Source: Candidatus Magasanikiibacteriota bacterium
GTDB taxonomy: Bacteria; Patescibacteriota; Patescibacteriia; Magasanikbacterales; GWA2-37-8
Direction of reading: 5' to 3'
DNA length: 64,000 nucleotides
Assembly (NCBI GenBank): GCA_009694865.1
Contig: SICD01000001.1
Coordinates: forward strand, 403-64,402
The position numbers and the translations under genes were made by a program. The notes under the pieces are model-generated. The model ran no database searches and had not been told where the DNA came from. It was given only the letters and a program-made list of their open reading frames with translations. Of this stretch, positions 62,973 to 64,000 are shown in pieces; position 1 is the first letter of the stretch; every line of letters begins with the position of its first letter.

Positions 62973-63056
62973 CTGTCATCCTGAGTCGGAGCGAAGGATC
63001 TAGTTCGATCAAAATGGCTTACCGACTAGATTCTTCATTTCATTCAGAATGACAGC
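62973..63056. repeat. MITE subfamily A2 copy (intergenic, between uvrB and xerC/D). A partial A3 terminus (tgtgtcattgcgagg) lies at about 62937-62951.
   Basis: ctgtcatcctgagtcggagcgaaggatctagttcgatcaaaatggcttaccgactagattcttcatttcattcagaatgacag. Confidence 0.65.
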
Positions 63057-63086
63057 GTCATTTTTCCCAACCCTCGTCAAACATTA

Positions 63087-63926
63087 TCACACATCCAACG
63101 GACTCACAATCCCCGCGATCGCCGTACTCGCCACATGCGTATAAATTTGCGTCGTCTGCAATTTGGCATGGCCCAACAATTCCTGAATATACCTAATATC
63201 CGTCCCCGCTTCCAAAAGATGCGTAGCGAAACTATGCCGCAACGTATGCGGCGAAACATTTTTTTGTATCCCCGCCTTCTGCGCCGCCGCACCCACAACT
63301 TTCTGAATCGTCGCTTCCGTTAGCCGACTACCTCTACCATTGGTAAAAAGATAATCATCCGCCATTTTTAATTTTTGTTGCTTTAACAAAATTTCTTTCA
63401 ACGCTTTCGGAATAATTGTCTGCCGATCCTTTTTCCCTTTCCCCTGATACACCCGCAAAATCATCCTGTCCAAATCCACATCTCGCATTTTAATGTGCGT
63501 CAACTCACTAACCCGCACTCCCGTGCCATATAAAAGAGAAATAATACAATTGTGTTTAGGGTTTTCCGTCACCTCAATAATTTTGGCCACCTCCGCCTTA
63601 GACAAAACATTGGGCAAATGCTTTTCTTTTTTCGCGCGTGGCAAATTTACAAAAAACCTGCGATACAAAATCTTACCAAAATAAAATAACAGCGCGCTGT
63701 ACGCTGTATTTATAGTAGAAGCAGAAAAATCTTCGCTACTCAAATACTCCAAATATGCCCTCACGTCAGCCTGCGAAACGCTCCGCGCATCTTTATTAGC
63801 AAAACGCAAAAACTCTCCCACATAATGTAAGTAACTTTTAATGGTTTTAACACTGAACCCTCGCAAAACCATCTCCTGCTTAAGCAAAATAACCGGATCC
63901 CTACTTGGCCGATAATGTGTATCCAT
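63087..63926 (-). CDS. Tyrosine site-specific recombinase, XerC/XerD family
   Basis: N-terminal SAM-like core-binding domain. C-terminal catalytic motifs ...HTLRHSFATHLLEAGTDIRYIQELLGHAKLQTTQIYTHV. Confidence 0.8.
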   Translation of the reverse strand: MDTHYRPSRDPVILLKQEMVLRGFSVKTIKSYLHYVGEFLRFANKDARSVSQADVRAYLEYLSSEDFSASTINTAYSALLFYFGKILYRRFFVNLPRAKKEKHLPNVLSKAEVAKIIEVTENPKHNCIISLLYGTGVRVSELTHIKMRDVDLDRMILRVYQGKGKKDRQTIIPKALKEILLKQQKLKMADDYLFTNGRGSRLTEATIQKVVGAAAQKAGIQKNVSPHTLRHSFATHLLEAGTDIRYIQELLGHAKLQTTQIYTHVASTAIAGIVSPLDV

Positions 63927-64000
63927 ACCTTGCTTATGATTACACGTTTATGATAAGATTGTAGCATAAGTTAGGGAAAATATTAAATGGTTGGTATATA

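Noticed and set aside
2628-63056. Possibility that the dispersed 'gtcattccga' repeats are a CRISPR array
   Set aside because: The copies are dispersed across 60 kb at irregular spacing. They are internally palindromic with inverted termini, and many lie inside genes. There is no repeat-spacer periodicity and no cas genes.
1-64000. tRNA, rRNA and other structured ncRNA genes
   Set aside because: I scanned the intergenic regions for tRNA-like T-arm motifs (GGTTCGAATCC and variants) and found none. No rRNA-like segments were seen. The only structured non-coding candidates are repeats, leaders and terminators.

Overview
This 64-kb window comes from a bacterial chromosome of moderate G+C, roughly mid-40s to 50% by eye. 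Coding density is very high and almost everything between 17.6 kb and 45.7 kb is on the minus strand. The backbone is housekeeping: argS, tyrS, valS, an asp/asn-tRNA synthetase, gap, pgk, eno, two tandem gpmI paralogs, scpAB, tsf, rpsB, rpmE, prfA, prmC, rplY, rlmI, uvrA, uvrB, uvrC and xerC/D. Several traits point to an uncultivated small-genome lineage of the CPR/Patescibacteria type, which is inference only: most backbone genes have no Shine-Dalgarno, ValS is short, there is a free-standing archaeal-type ThrRS editing domain, and the DHH-family protein lacks the DHH motif.

Four things stand out.

1. A seven-gene same-strand surface locus at 17680-27192. It encodes two C-terminally membrane-anchored proteins with an N-terminal cohesin-like domain, one secreted protein with a C-terminal duplicated dockerin module, two secreted proteins sharing a pilin-like C-terminal beta-domain, a C-terminally anchored protein with a chaperone-like N-domain, and an N-terminally anchored protein. 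I read it as a candidate cohesin-dockerin surface-assembly or adhesion system.

2. A very abundant family of 85-185-bp palindromic MITE-like elements with termini of the form TGTCATYCYGA...TCRGRATGACA. There are at least 18 copies. Ten or more sit in-frame inside conserved genes: uvrA, uvrB, uvrC, prmC, rlmI and a nitroreductase-family gene. This resembles the palindromic elements of Rickettsia. There is also a second palindromic element built around GGGTGAGGGG and a small CCCCCTCGAGGGGG hairpin module.

3. Seven single-gene high-G+C cassettes inserted in intergenic regions. Each has its own GGAGG-type ribosome-binding site and intrinsic terminator. One is flanked by perfect 15-bp direct repeats. 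I interpret these as horizontally acquired mini-cassettes, possibly from a high-GC donor.

4. At the left edge, an Flp-type pilin gene followed by a giant secreted protein built from 11-residue repeats, with a toxin-like C-terminal domain and a tightly coupled small downstream gene.

No rRNA, tRNA or CRISPR array was found.
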